Assembly (NCBI RefSeq): GCF_009914755.1
Contig: NC_060928.1
DNA length: 64,000 nt
Reading direction: 5' to 3' (one strand)
Source of the DNA: the human T2T-CHM13v2.0 reference genome, Homo sapiens
The notes beneath the pieces are model-generated. The model worked only from the letters and a program-made list of their open reading frames with translations. It was not told the DNA's origin and did not search any database. Below are positions 1 through 11,949 of the stretch, piece by piece. Every line of letters begins with the position of its first letter. Within the stretch, counting starts at the first letter, position 1. The translations under genes and the position numbers were made by a program.

Positions 1-1549
1 ATTTCACTGTAATATGATAATTTAGTTAAACTAATTACTCTAATGCGCAAAGTGGTTTGATTGGATTGAAATGATTTGTGACTGTATGTTGTCAATACAC
101 ATGCCTATAAAATACATAAATTTACTCAACACATGTGAACACATGTGTGCATGCCTGCATGCACACACACACACATCAATGAATGCAAATTGAGATTAAG
201 TGATTGGAATATAAGAAATATTCAGCCTAGAAAGTATTCATATATAACTTGTGTAATATTCTGAAAAATAAAAGAAGTTCAATTTCATTTAGATTTAACA
301 GGGAAGTGGGAAATACTGAAAAATAGATTGCTAAAAAAGTTTAATAATGGACAATATCTAGAAATAAAATTATTTGAATTTATTCCTTTTTCCTTTTGTA
401 TTATTTATTAACCAAGTACACTAATACCCTACTTTAATCAATCTATGATACTTAGTGACACATAGCACATGGCTGCAGTACGCTAAGTTCTTTTATGTAA
501 TAACACAATTATAAAATATTTTGTTTTTGTAATGTTTTTGGCATAATTTAGATATGTTTTCTTTACAAAGAAAAAATACACGTTACAAAATTATATTGAG
601 TAAATAAAAGATTTACTTTACTTTTAAGAGTTGCTTAGTATTTAATCATATTTTGTCATGACTAAAAAAATTACAGAAAACTGCTTACCTAAATCAAAAC
701 GAGAATGGCAATGTAAGCCATGGTCAGTAACAACTTTGGTGTTGATACTGAACAGATATCTGTGTGTTTCAATTAAAAGAAAAATTATTATTCAATTAGT
801 GATAAGAACAGGGCATATGAGCTCTCTGTATACTGAGGAATCTATTCCTGTTATTCTGCAAAGAAACTTAACTGAAGAAAGCAGTGACAAACCATTCACA
901 GGTGGACCCCTGAATATGAAAACTTCTCCTTTCAGCTCAATTCTACAGTCAATGTCCATCATCAGTTGTTAATACCAGAATCCCTTTTTATCTCCATAAC
1001 AACAATAAAAAGAGAACCTTTCTGTGGGATTCCCTGTTGCATGCACAGGTGCTCATGTGGCCAGGTGTGCACAACAGGAAGGAGTTAAGATGAAGCCATC
1101 AGAACGATAACAATCATGCCTTGATGAGTTTTTGTTATTTTGAGACACACCTGCTCCAAGTCAGCAGGATTTCTGAGGAAAATAAGAAATGCGTTGGATG
1201 TATCCCAAGGCACATAAAAGATTGAATTCAATTCTGTCTAGCTGATGTTTAGAAATTTACAGCAGTGCTGACTGGGCTAAATGCCTTTCTTGCAAAATTC
1301 CAGAAGACACAGTGTTTTATTTGTAAGAGAAAATTACATAGAAGATCCTTTGTTAAAAGTGCACAACCTCCTCCCTGCCATCACCCATCTTTCCTCCCAC
1401 TTGATTTGAGGTGTTGGACATTTCCAAAGTAGAAATATGATGGGAAGATAAACCGTTATTTGTAATGAAAAACTAGTGTCAGTTCACAATTTTAGGACTG
1501 ATGATTCGTGAAGTGCTAGTGTTTTAAAACACTAGAGATTTAGAAAGAA

Positions 1550-1710
1550 AACAGTGCACATATATGCACACACTCAGAAAAAAATCAAGTTAAGTAGTGG
1601 TACAATAAATTATTTTTCCATTGTTCTTTATACTTTCCATTATTTACCTAATTTTTGCTGAAGAATATTCACTAGTTTTATAATCAGAAAAAAAGGCAAT
1701 AAAGGTTTAT
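1550..1710 (+). mobile_element. Old L1 (L1ME-like) 3' end fragment
   Basis: Ends with ttttataatcagaaaaaaaggcaataaa, the typical L1ME 3' terminus; heavily decayed. Confidence 0.45.
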
Positions 1711-1975
1711 TGGTATTTGTTGAGGTAGTATTGAAAAATATGGAAATCAGAGCCAGAATCCAATATTTAGAAAATTTAAAATGACTTACAGCCTATTGTA
1801 ATATATTTTAAAAATTTAATATTTGCTATAATAGCTAGTATTTTAGATTACAATTTTCATGGGAAAACTGTGAAAACATAGCGATCATATGTCAATAAGG
1901 CAGATGTCAAATAGGATTTTATTCTAAAATCTTCAGAGAGCTATGTGATTATATATATATATAAAAGTATTATAT

Positions 1976-2139
1976 ATATAACTGTAAAAACAATCGTGAC
2001 AAAATATCTACTCTTCAGATTCTCACACATGTAAAAGAACATCTAAAATAAAAACATTAAAGAGGTGTATGTAATGGTAGGAAGCAATGAGGTATGGGAT
2101 GCAAAAGCAAGGTCCTCACCTTCTAGAGGGTACAAAAAA

Positions 2140-2180
<41 letters not shown>

Positions 2181-2302
2181 CTTCCTACCATTGCTTCCTA
2201 CTATTGCACACACCTCTTTAATGTTTTTAGTTTAGATGTTCTTTTACATGTGTGAGAATCTGAAGAGTAGATATTTTGTCATGATTGTTTTTACAGTTAT
2301 AT
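1976..2302. repeat. Inverted repeat (~114-bp arms) around a spacer containing (TA)19
   Basis: 1976-2089 is the reverse complement of 2189-2302 with ~5 mismatches by eye; pure TA run at 2142-2179. Confidence 0.95.
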
Positions 2303-2974
2303 GTATCACTCATGTGATATCACTCGTGATATTATATATGACATATATATGTCATATCACTTGTGATATTATATATCACTCATGTGATATTCCAAACCAT
2401 GTTTAATGCTATTTGAGAAATATATTTAATGCAAGATAAAATAAGAAATTAGGACATCAATTAGAAGCAAAAAAAAAGGTTAAGGAAAATGAAGTGAACC
2501 ATAGAGAGGATGTTTGAATAATAAAATGCATGTCTTAATTCCTATCTTTTTTTTTTGGTATGAGATGAAAACTCACATTGACATTTCTAGCAAAGATCAC
2601 AAAGAGAAGGAAATGCAACCAATTACATGTTATAAGATGACTGTAAAATTAAAACAGCAGCAATTATGATAGCAACACAAACAAGTTGGGTTGTGGCCTA
2701 AGAGAACTTCAACTGGTCTCTCCTGCCAGGACTTAAGGATAAAGCAGTTTTCCCTCAGGTTGATGCACATTGGATCAACTAGTTAGTGTTATCAACATTA
2801 TTTAAATATGCAATCGTGGCAAGTAAAAAATGAGGGTCTGAAGTGGTATTTCTTGTGTTAAACTTGGGAAAATCCTAACATATACTTTAGTTTCAGCAGC
2901 TCCCTTGGCAAAGATCAGGGAATAGAGGTTAGAAACCACAGGTTTTTGAGGTGTTCGTGGTGATGGTGGTGATT

Positions 2975-3100
2975 TTAATCATTAAAATAGAAATAATAAC
3001 GGGACTTACATATTGGGATTGTTCTGAGAATTAATTGAGATAAAGTTAACTCATAATCTGGCATACTAAACAGCAAATAAATATTGGTTATTGTTATTAC
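2975..3100 (+). mobile_element. MIR SINE 3' part
   Basis: aaaatagaaataataac...gattgttctgagaattaattgagataa...tggcatactaaacagcaaataaatattggttattgttatt. Confidence 0.6.
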
Positions 3101-3630
3101 ACAGTGTATGAAATGACAGATTATTTTTCTTGTAGGAAATTAACCAAAAATACTATTTCTTTGGAAGATTCTTTCAATAAGTCTTGTCTGGTACAATGTT
3201 TAAGAATATTGTCATGAAATGAATGCATTAAGTACACCAACTCTTTATGATCACTACATGAAAATAAATAGGCTTCATCCAGTAAGCAGCTAAGTTTTGT
3301 TAGGGCTTAAATCTGCTTGTGAAAATTCAGAAACCTACTAGCCCATGAGCCTGAATAGAAAGCCACTAATGTCTTCAACCCAATAGAGACTTGAGCCAAT
3401 GCAACACCTCTTGACAGGAACTAGTGTGAAAATGATTTGGGTCAGCTAATCACATGTATGAATGAACACTTAGTCTATCATATTGTATTCCAGAAAACAT
3501 GGTCATACTGCCAAAGCCTGGAAAAAATTGAAACGAGGACACCAAATACTTATGCTATAAAAATTACATAATTTACCTGATGTGTATATTGATCTATTAT
3601 TCTTTCTGATGCATTCACCAAATACCTACG

Positions 3631-3791
3631 AACTATAAAAGCGATCATGACAAAATAACTACTCTTCAGATTTTCACACATGTAAAAGAACGTATAAAAT
3701 AAAACATTAAAGAGATATGTGTAATGGTAGAAAGCAATGAAGTATAGGATGCAAAAGCAAGGTCCTCACCTTCTCCAGGGTACCAAAAACC
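3631..3791 (+). repeat. Direct copy (probable donor) of 1980-2141
   Basis: ~160 bp, about 18 differences by eye; shares gatgcaaaagcaaggtcctcaccttct. Confidence 0.93.
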
Positions 3792-4730
3792 AAAGTGTCG
3801 TGACAAAGTGCTAAAATGTTAATGTATTTGTTAAAAAAAAGAAATTATGCTTCAAAAATGCACTGAATGTAGTTCAAAAACATGACAAGTACATAAGGGG
3901 AGAGCAGACAAAGATGCTCTTACTTTTCTATTTACTTTTAATATATTGAGATTCATGGCTATTTCTAATTTTAACTAAAAAAATCCTTGTACTATGGACA
4001 AGAGAAAAAATTTCAAAAATATTCTGGATCAAAGAGTTCTAGGTACATATGCACAAGTGAACAAACAGGAAAAAGCAGGACTGACATTTTTTATATGTGC
4101 TATATTAGCCTATCATCTGCTAATTCACAAAGTAAATCATAATCTGGTCAGATCCAACAGGAAATATGACCCATAATTTTCAAGTTATTAAAAGTATCTT
4201 AGAAATATAGATTCACTTAAAATATTAAAATATAACTTGCTCTAAGTATATATTTTTTCCTAAAAATTCACTAATTTTAGAACGGAGTTCTTTAAAGTAT
4301 TATTTTATCAATAGTTCAATTCTTTAAAAGTTCTGCTATGTATGTTTTGTAACATAGTTCATATATAAGGTAAACATTTTTACATAAATTAATATGTATT
4401 TTAAGCAAGGAAAATAGTATTATACTAATTTGGATATGTAATCTCATAATTTTGCCAGCTTCGGAGGACACTCCAAAGTGAGTGATGAGCTTGCGTAGAC
4501 ATCAGTGTCATGGAGAAGGATGGTTCACAAATTGGGAGTGAAGGATTGGGAGCAATGCACTGGTTCCAGGTGACCTACATAAGAACATGATGTACAGAGG
4601 CAAACAACCACATTTTTTAGACAGGGATACGAGAGGTTTCAGCTAGCACAGCATAATAGATTGCATGAGTATTTTTTTTAATTCCTAAAATAACATATAA
4701 ATTAAGACAGAATAATTAAGATGGAATCAC

Positions 4731-5036
4731 GGCCCAATGCTGTGGCTCATGCCTGTAATCCCAGCACTTTGGGAGGCCGAGGCAGGCAGATCACCTGATG
4801 TCAGGAGTTCGAGACCAGATTGGCCAACATGGCGAAACTCCATCTCTACTCAAAATACAAAAATTAGCTTGGTGTGGTGGCACGTGCCTGTAGTCTCAGC
4901 TACTCAGGAGGCTGAAACAGGAGATTTGCTTGAACCCGGGAGGTGAAGGCTGCAGTGAGCCGTGATTGTGCCATTGCTCTCCAGCCTGAGCAACAGAGCA
5001 AGATTCTGTCTCAAAAAAAAAGAAAGAAAGGAAAAA
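4731..5036 (+). mobile_element. Alu (AluS-type), full length
   Basis: Dimeric Alu with A-rich tail; TSD aagatggaatca (4718-4729) / aagacagaatca (5037-5048). Confidence 0.97.
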
Positions 5037-5722
5037 AAGACAGAATCAAACATTTGAGAGGCAGAAGAGTCCAACATAGTCATTGAGGGGAATGGTTTTC
5101 AAACAATTGTTTTCAATAGAAGTATTTCTTTGGAAGAAGTGACGCCTAACATGGAAAGTGGGATAAGAGGTCGTATTTTAATCTGAGACACTGTAGAGGG
5201 GTGAAATGAGCTCAACCTCCTTCATTAACATTCCCTTCCAATGGTAGCTCCCACTGAGTTGTGAGAAATCTCTGAAGTAGCTCCAGAGCTCAGCCTAAAC
5301 AGTAACACATATATTATCAATTCTTCCTTCTACAGTTGAGCAAACTGGAAACTATTTCTCTTAAATCATGTGCCTAAATTCTCCAAATTAAATGGAGAAC
5401 TGGGACTAGACATATCAATCTTTCCTTAGATGAACTTACATCACTGTGTGAAGAAGATGCCATGTCTTCACTAATGATTAAATAGATTTGGTAATAGTAA
5501 TATGATTATTACTATATCCATAATCTATAAATGACTAAATTATCTTTATTTACTTTATAATTTTTTTTTAGAAATTACCAATTTTAATTTGTGAAGTTAA
5601 ATACTTATCATCATAAAATTTCATACAGAATAACACTCTGGTAAATTATTATAAAGAAAGGCCAATAATCAATCATTCATTCAAGTAAAAAGTTGGAAAT
5701 AATGATATCTTAAAAATCAACT

Positions 5723-6035
<313 letters not shown>

Positions 6036-6743
6036 TTAACACAATACTATATACATATACAGTATAAACATATTTAATATATAGTTAACATAATACTAGT
6101 TAAAATGATACCAACAAAAATAGTTAAGAAAATAAGCAGACATTCTATCTATATTACTGAATATATTGTACAAAAATAAAAGGTAATTAAATAAAAATAA
6201 AAATCTATTTTACATTTTTGGGCAAAACAAACACATTCGCTAATGGAAACAACTCACAACTGAAGACATAATCAGGTCAAATGAGATGATTTAACAGGAA
6301 GTGAAGGTTCTTGTCGCATTGTATAGTCAATAAGGAGAGTTTTCTGGTGTTGATGCCGTGAATAAACATTAATGCACAAAAATAAGAATGAATTCAGATA
6401 GTTCATATGATATGTACAACCCATTCATTGTCATATCTAATTCTAACTGCTTTAGATGAATATTAGTTGTTAAAAATAGCATTTGATTATTCTGAGGAGA
6501 TTAACAAATGAACTTACAGCACACCTGAAACACATTTGCATCATAAATATAAATGTGCTGCCAAAAATAATCAGCTCTAAAATATTAATTCCATCCTTTA
6601 TTTCCTTTTCTTAAGGAAATGAAAAGCCCAAACACTGTGAAACACATTAAAATATCTAATATTTCCAGAAATTCTATGATGTGCTTAACACCATTCTGTA
6701 GATTATGTATGTTCAATCTCATTTTAACTACCATTTTGTAGGT

Positions 6744-6960
6744 CAGGGATTGACAAAATGCTGCCCCAGTCTAAATTCAGCTTGCTATCTTCTTGTAAAT
6801 ACAGTTTTATTGGACTGCCATCTTGCCCATTACTTTGTATTGTCTATGACTGCTGTCATGCTATGATGGTGAAATTGAATACGTACAACTAAACATATGA
6901 CCAGCAAACCTTAAAATATTTATTATCTGGCCCTTTACCAAAACAGTTTGACAGCCACTG
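6744..6960 (+). mobile_element. MER58A-like hAT-Charlie MITE
   Basis: caggg...cactg ends; internal tgtaaatacagttttattgg and aaaatatttattatctggccctttac; degenerate 8-bp TSD ttgtaggt/gtgtagat. Confidence 0.85.
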
Positions 6961-7369
6961 GTGTAGATAATACGATTTCAATTTTCAAGTAAGCTTAATA
7001 TCAGGATGGAAGATACAAACTGTAAATTCTGGAGTAAGAGTGGAAATCCAATTTTGACTGACGACAGGTGATTATGTTTCTTATATTACACAACATAGAC
7101 ATTCAGAAAATAAACTATACAAGGATATGATTTTTATGAGCTGTTCATGCATAAATATCTTGGAGTTTTACTTGACTGAAGGTTAAGGGAAAAGCTTATA
7201 TAATCTTATGCAAAGTTTACAGTGTAATAGAATCTAGCCTGCAGGCTCTACAGTATATACTGTTCTGCTTTTCAGATGCTCCAGACCATTGTCTCTATTA
7301 CTCTGTACTCGTGTGCTTTTATTCTCCTTTCCTATTAGAATAGAAAGAATGTTCCTTTTAAAATTCACT

Positions 7370-8110
7370 TTACTTTGGATCCCATTTCTTCTACCATTCC
7401 AAGGTTCTTCTTCTCTCAATTAGTCTCTTTCTTCACAGACAACTTTTTGAAAAAAATTGCCTATAATTACTGTGTCTATTTTTTTACCTCCAATATACTC
7501 CAGAACTTGTTGCAGGCTGGCATCTGTCTCATCCAATCCACTGAAAAGGTTGTGTTTAAGGTTATGGTCAAGAATATCATTGCTGCAGAGATCATTAAAC
7601 ACCTTTGCATCTTTATCTTATTTGACTCTATATTTTACACTATCAGATACTCCACTGACATTGAAATTGTCCATTCTCTTGGGTGTTGTGAAATCACACT
7701 TTCAGTGTCTCTGCCTATTTTTCAGGCCACTCCTGTTATTCGTCCTTGGTGGTATCTATTCCTCTATTCATATTATAAATATTACTGTTCCAAAACTTCA
7801 GTAACAGAATTTATCTTTTTATTCTATGTATTCTCTTGGGTAATTTTATTGATTACCATGTCTTTAACATGTGTGCAATTAACAACTATGTAGTTTAGTC
7901 CATATTTCTCATTAACTCTAGAATTATATAGCTAACTACATTTTCTATGTATTCACTAACTACCCAGCTGGCATCTCAAAATTAACATGTCCCAGGCTAA
8001 TACCACCATGGCGTCTGTCAAATGTATCTTCTTCTCCCTCGTGTTTGTCCTCTATCACAGTAAATAAAATTTTCCTCTCCACCCAGGCCCAAGACAGACA
8101 GAAATCTGAA
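7370..8110 (+). mobile_element. L2 LINE fragment (RT-coding part)
   Basis: ORF 7375-7893 contains LQAG...QSTEKVVFKV...IFILFD...SLG..EITLS, resembling L2 RT (LQSGF..HSTETALVKV...LILLDLS); ggcatctcaaaattaacatgtcc motif. Confidence 0.75.
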
Positions 8111-8959
8111 TAATATACTCAAGGCTGCATGAAATTATAATGCCAAACTATTAATTAAAATGAGAAATATAGCCATCAACCAGATTGGCATGACCATGGT
8201 TGTTGATTGATGCTTTTGCCCTAAGTCAAATCAAAATGGAAAAAAAAATCAAAATTCAAAAGTTGTTTGGGAGCATAAATTTATAGCCAAGTTTATTTAT
8301 TTCAGAACTTCATGTCACTGGGTGAAACAAAACCATAGATAAATATTTGTGGAAGACAAACAACTCAAATTTCAAAGAAAAAGGTCTATTAAATTACATT
8401 TCACAGAAGTGATTACTCTATAGTTGTTTTATTTTACATATTCACTAATAATGATACAGGAAATTCGGATAAGTAAAAAGAAGTTTCAAGAGAGTATCTA
8501 TATGAAGACCTCATATATATTATATAATTGCTTATCTATATAGAGATTGATACCAATGTAGTAGAGATTTTAATATTTCTATATGATAAAGACATATAAT
8601 AGAGATAGGTAGAGATAGGTGTCTAGCTATATATCTGAGTATATTTTTTAGAGGTATAAATAACGTTAACGGAGAAGACCACTACCTAACAGAACTAAGT
8701 AATAGCCTGCTTTTTACATGCTAGCCATTTTGCTTGGGAGCATTAACTTAAGCATTCATTTTCTTGATTGTGTCGAGTTATACAACCACAGATTGATAAA
8801 GGTGTGGTAAGAATTTGTTTAAAAAATAAGATACATCTCCTGCTCAATTGTGCAACACAAGATAGACACTCACATATTGAAGCTCACTATTCCATACATT
8901 ACTATTTCTATGTGATGGGAATATTGATATGACTAAGATGGTAGAATCCATTTACACTA

Positions 8960-9925
8960 GAACTTAATTGTTTGAGTAGGAGAAAATAAACAAAATGCAC
9001 AATAAAATTTCAGGTAGAGATAACATATAGTAGGGTTGGAAAGTGTGTCTCTGAGGAAGCTTTGCTGCATAGGGTGAGCAGTGATGATTTCTCTGTGGAG
9101 TTGCCTTTGAGCTGAGATCTGAATGAAATCAGGGAGAAAGCCACAAGATCTGAGGGAGACGACATTTCAGCAATGGGCAACAATGGCAAAGGCTCTCACA
9201 TAGGAGGGACTGCACAGCAGTTGTTGCTGCAGCATAGTGAATGATGGGGAAATACAGGAAAGACAATTAAAGATTTGGGCAGGAAACAAACCTCAATGAA
9301 TATTTTCACATTTCTGCATGGTTGGGGCTTTCTGAACAAAGAGTACTGATATCTGAGTTAAAGGACATTTGAACAGCAGTCCCAGAGGACTCCAAAGAGA
9401 TATTAACTCTTGTCTCTCCTCTGTCACATACTTACCTTTCAGAGCGGTAAGGTGCAGACTTTCCCTGCTCTTCACAGATAAGTGCATTTACACTGCAAAG
9501 TATCCCTTCCTTTCTCTGGAGCTGAGGAGAAACAAATGTGTCAGCCATTCTATGTACAGGTTTCAGTATCACAATTTTGGGACTCCTCTCCTGTGGTGCA
9601 AACCCCATTTGCATGTACAAGTGACATTAGACCCTTGTATAATTGATGTAGAGGCAACCAGAGCTAAGGTGCTCTGTGAGTAGATATCAACCTGTTCTTT
9701 GATTCAGGAATCTCCTTGTTTCCTGTCAAATACACTAACAAATATAAAGACATAAGAGTTTTAACCAAGGAACCATATCCTTTTGTACCTCCCTAAGGTA
9801 TTTGATTTTTATTTCAGGTGAGAGATTAATGGTGACTTTGACCAAAGTAGTAGCTGTGGAAATTCTGATAAAAAGTAAGAGTAAAAGATATACGTTGAGT
9901 GTAAAGCTGATGGAAAGCCACACAA
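8960..9925 (-). mobile_element. L2 fragment(s), interrupted by an LTR
   Basis: tttgagctgagatctgaatga...caaaggctct and caggtgagagattaatggtgactttgaccaaagtagtagc antisense L2 motifs. Confidence 0.6.
9275..9740 (+). mobile_element. LTR40-like ERVL solo LTR
   Basis: cacatttctgca, gggactcctctcctgtggtgcaaacccc and tgattcaggaatctccttgtttcctgtca resemble LTR40 consensus segments. Confidence 0.6.
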
Positions 9926-9944
9926 ATTATTAACACTGTTATGC

Positions 9945-10622
9945 CTAAACTGGACTCCCTATCTCTACACTTGCCCATCTAGAGTTAATTTGTCATACAG
10001 TAGCTGGAGAAGGTTCTTCAAAGCAATATTTTAAATCATATCACTTTTCTGCTGAAAAACATTCAACATCTTCTCTTTTTGCAATAAAATCCAAAGTCTT
10101 TATCTCTAATCATGCCCCACAAAATTTTACATGAATCTGCTTTTCCACTTCACTCATCAATGTTTTTCTGATTCCATTTCCCACCATGTTCACTTCCAGC
10201 CACAATGGCCTCCTCGCTGTTTTTCTGGCTGACAAGGTACATTCCTGCCTCAGTGCCTTTGTAGGTTTAACTTCTGTCTGGAAAGTTCTTAATTCAGATA
10301 TCCATATAACTTACTCCCTCACTGCACACAGGTCCCTGCTCAAGTATAACTTCAGCAAGAGGCCTGTTCTTGCCACTATAAAATCTCATCCCAATCAAAA
10401 ATATTTTTATATTAGTCTTTCAAATCTATTTATCATAGTGCTTATTAGCACCAGCCATATTTTATGTGTTTGTGTCTGTGTGTTTACTGTTTTCTTTTTA
10501 ACTAGAATATAAACCCAGGACTTTAGACATTTATTTTTTGGTTGCTGAATTCCCAAGATCTTGAATAGTGCCTAGTGCAAACTAGACTTTCATTAAATAA
10601 TGAATAAATAAATGTATGAGTG
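9945..10622 (+). mobile_element. L2 (L2a-like) 3' region
   Basis: aataaaatccaaagtc, cacttccagccacaatggcctcctcgctgtt, cctgcctcagtgcctttg, tail gaatagtgcctag...aatgaataaataaatg. Confidence 0.8.
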
Positions 10623-11544
10623 GAGTTACTGGATTTGAGCTTTGGAAAAAATAAAATGAAGACATTGAAAATATTTTAATCTATTGGGGGTATGTAATAC
10701 TACTTACAGATTTGTGGAAGATGATGGCAGGAACAGGTTTGAGGGATACTTTACACAGTTTAATTCAGACAAGGACAAAAAAGTGTTATTTTAAAATGTT
10801 AAAATATAATAATACAAAATGTGTTAAGATGTAAATTTAGATAATAAATAAAAAGTATTGAAAAGGACACTGATCTTAGAACACAAATATTTGAGTTTAA
10901 AATTTCACTAATCCTCATGGAAATTCTCTAGCCTCTCTTATCTGGTTTTTCTGGTTTCCATCCTTCTGGCTTTTACACATATTTTTCTTACCAGCTTAAA
11001 TTCATTAGATAATGATTACTTGAATTATTTCCCCAGCCTTTATCCTATTCACTTTTGAGAAATTGAGAAATAGTCTTTTAAGTTGATTCCTTTGCTTTCT
11101 CCAGAATCAAACTCCCAGGACATGACAACCATATTCAATACTTGCTTCTGTTATAATTTTTATAAGCATATCATTGTTCTCTAGTTGTTTATTAAATGAG
11201 AACAGTTATTGATTATGTTACATTATGGATCCATAATGCTATTTAAAATAAAAAGCACAATATTATAATTTAAGATGATCTGGTCTACAGAATCACAGTC
11301 TAATTGGAATTAATTTAGACAGTCAATCACAACTGTTGATGCTGCCAACAAGGGCTCAAATTAGTGCCAACATTGATTGTGGTTCTTTTCTCACAATTGT
11401 TTTATGGGCATTAAGTGGAATGCATAATAGCATTGAGCTCAAAGGAACCCTGCTGCTTCCTCTTTCAAACACAATTTACTAACATTTGCTGGAAATCTCC
11501 ACATCCACTCATCTTTTTTCCTAGCTTGTTACAGCATTGATTCA

Positions 11545-11700
11545 AAATCCTTGTTTTTCTCTTTGTTGCATCTTATATAACAATTTATCAAATGTCTTGC
11601 TGAGATCTAGGTAAAAGACTCCCACTGCCTTTGCTTCATTAACTTCCTCATTCTCTGCAAACACTTGATCAGGTCTCCTGGGCCATATCCTTTTATTCTC
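11545..11700 (-). mobile_element. CR1/L3-clade LINE RT fossil
   Basis: ORF 11542-11742(-) contains VNEAKAVGVFYLDLSKTFDKL, matching the CR1 RT motif VDEGKAVDVVYLDFSKAFDKV. Confidence 0.7.
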
Positions 11701-11949
11701 ATACAATGTTGGCAAATGGTACACTTGATGCTCTTCTGACAACTTAGATGCTTGTTTATTATAATTGGAACACTTACTAGTTAAAAAATAATGAGTTTCC
11801 CAAGAGTTTTTGTTGTTGTCATTGTTGTATTTTGATTGTGTTTTGTTTTACAGTCAAATTAAGCATTTAAATCATTTTTCTATTCAGGTCCTCATAGGGA
11901 TGACAGAAGAAGTATGCTTTAGAATTGTGTACCTCTTTTGTCTCTCCTC

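Noticed and set aside
658-972. 104-aa ATG-initiated ORF in unique sequence
   Set aside because: No recognisable homology, promoter or splice context; length is compatible with chance. The same applies to the ORFs at 50862 and 54243.
1976-2302. Inverted arms as terminal inverted repeats of a new MITE
   Set aside because: The arm sequence continues into a longer, unpaired third copy at 3631-3791, which fits local templated copying better than transposition. A genome-wide copy search would settle it.
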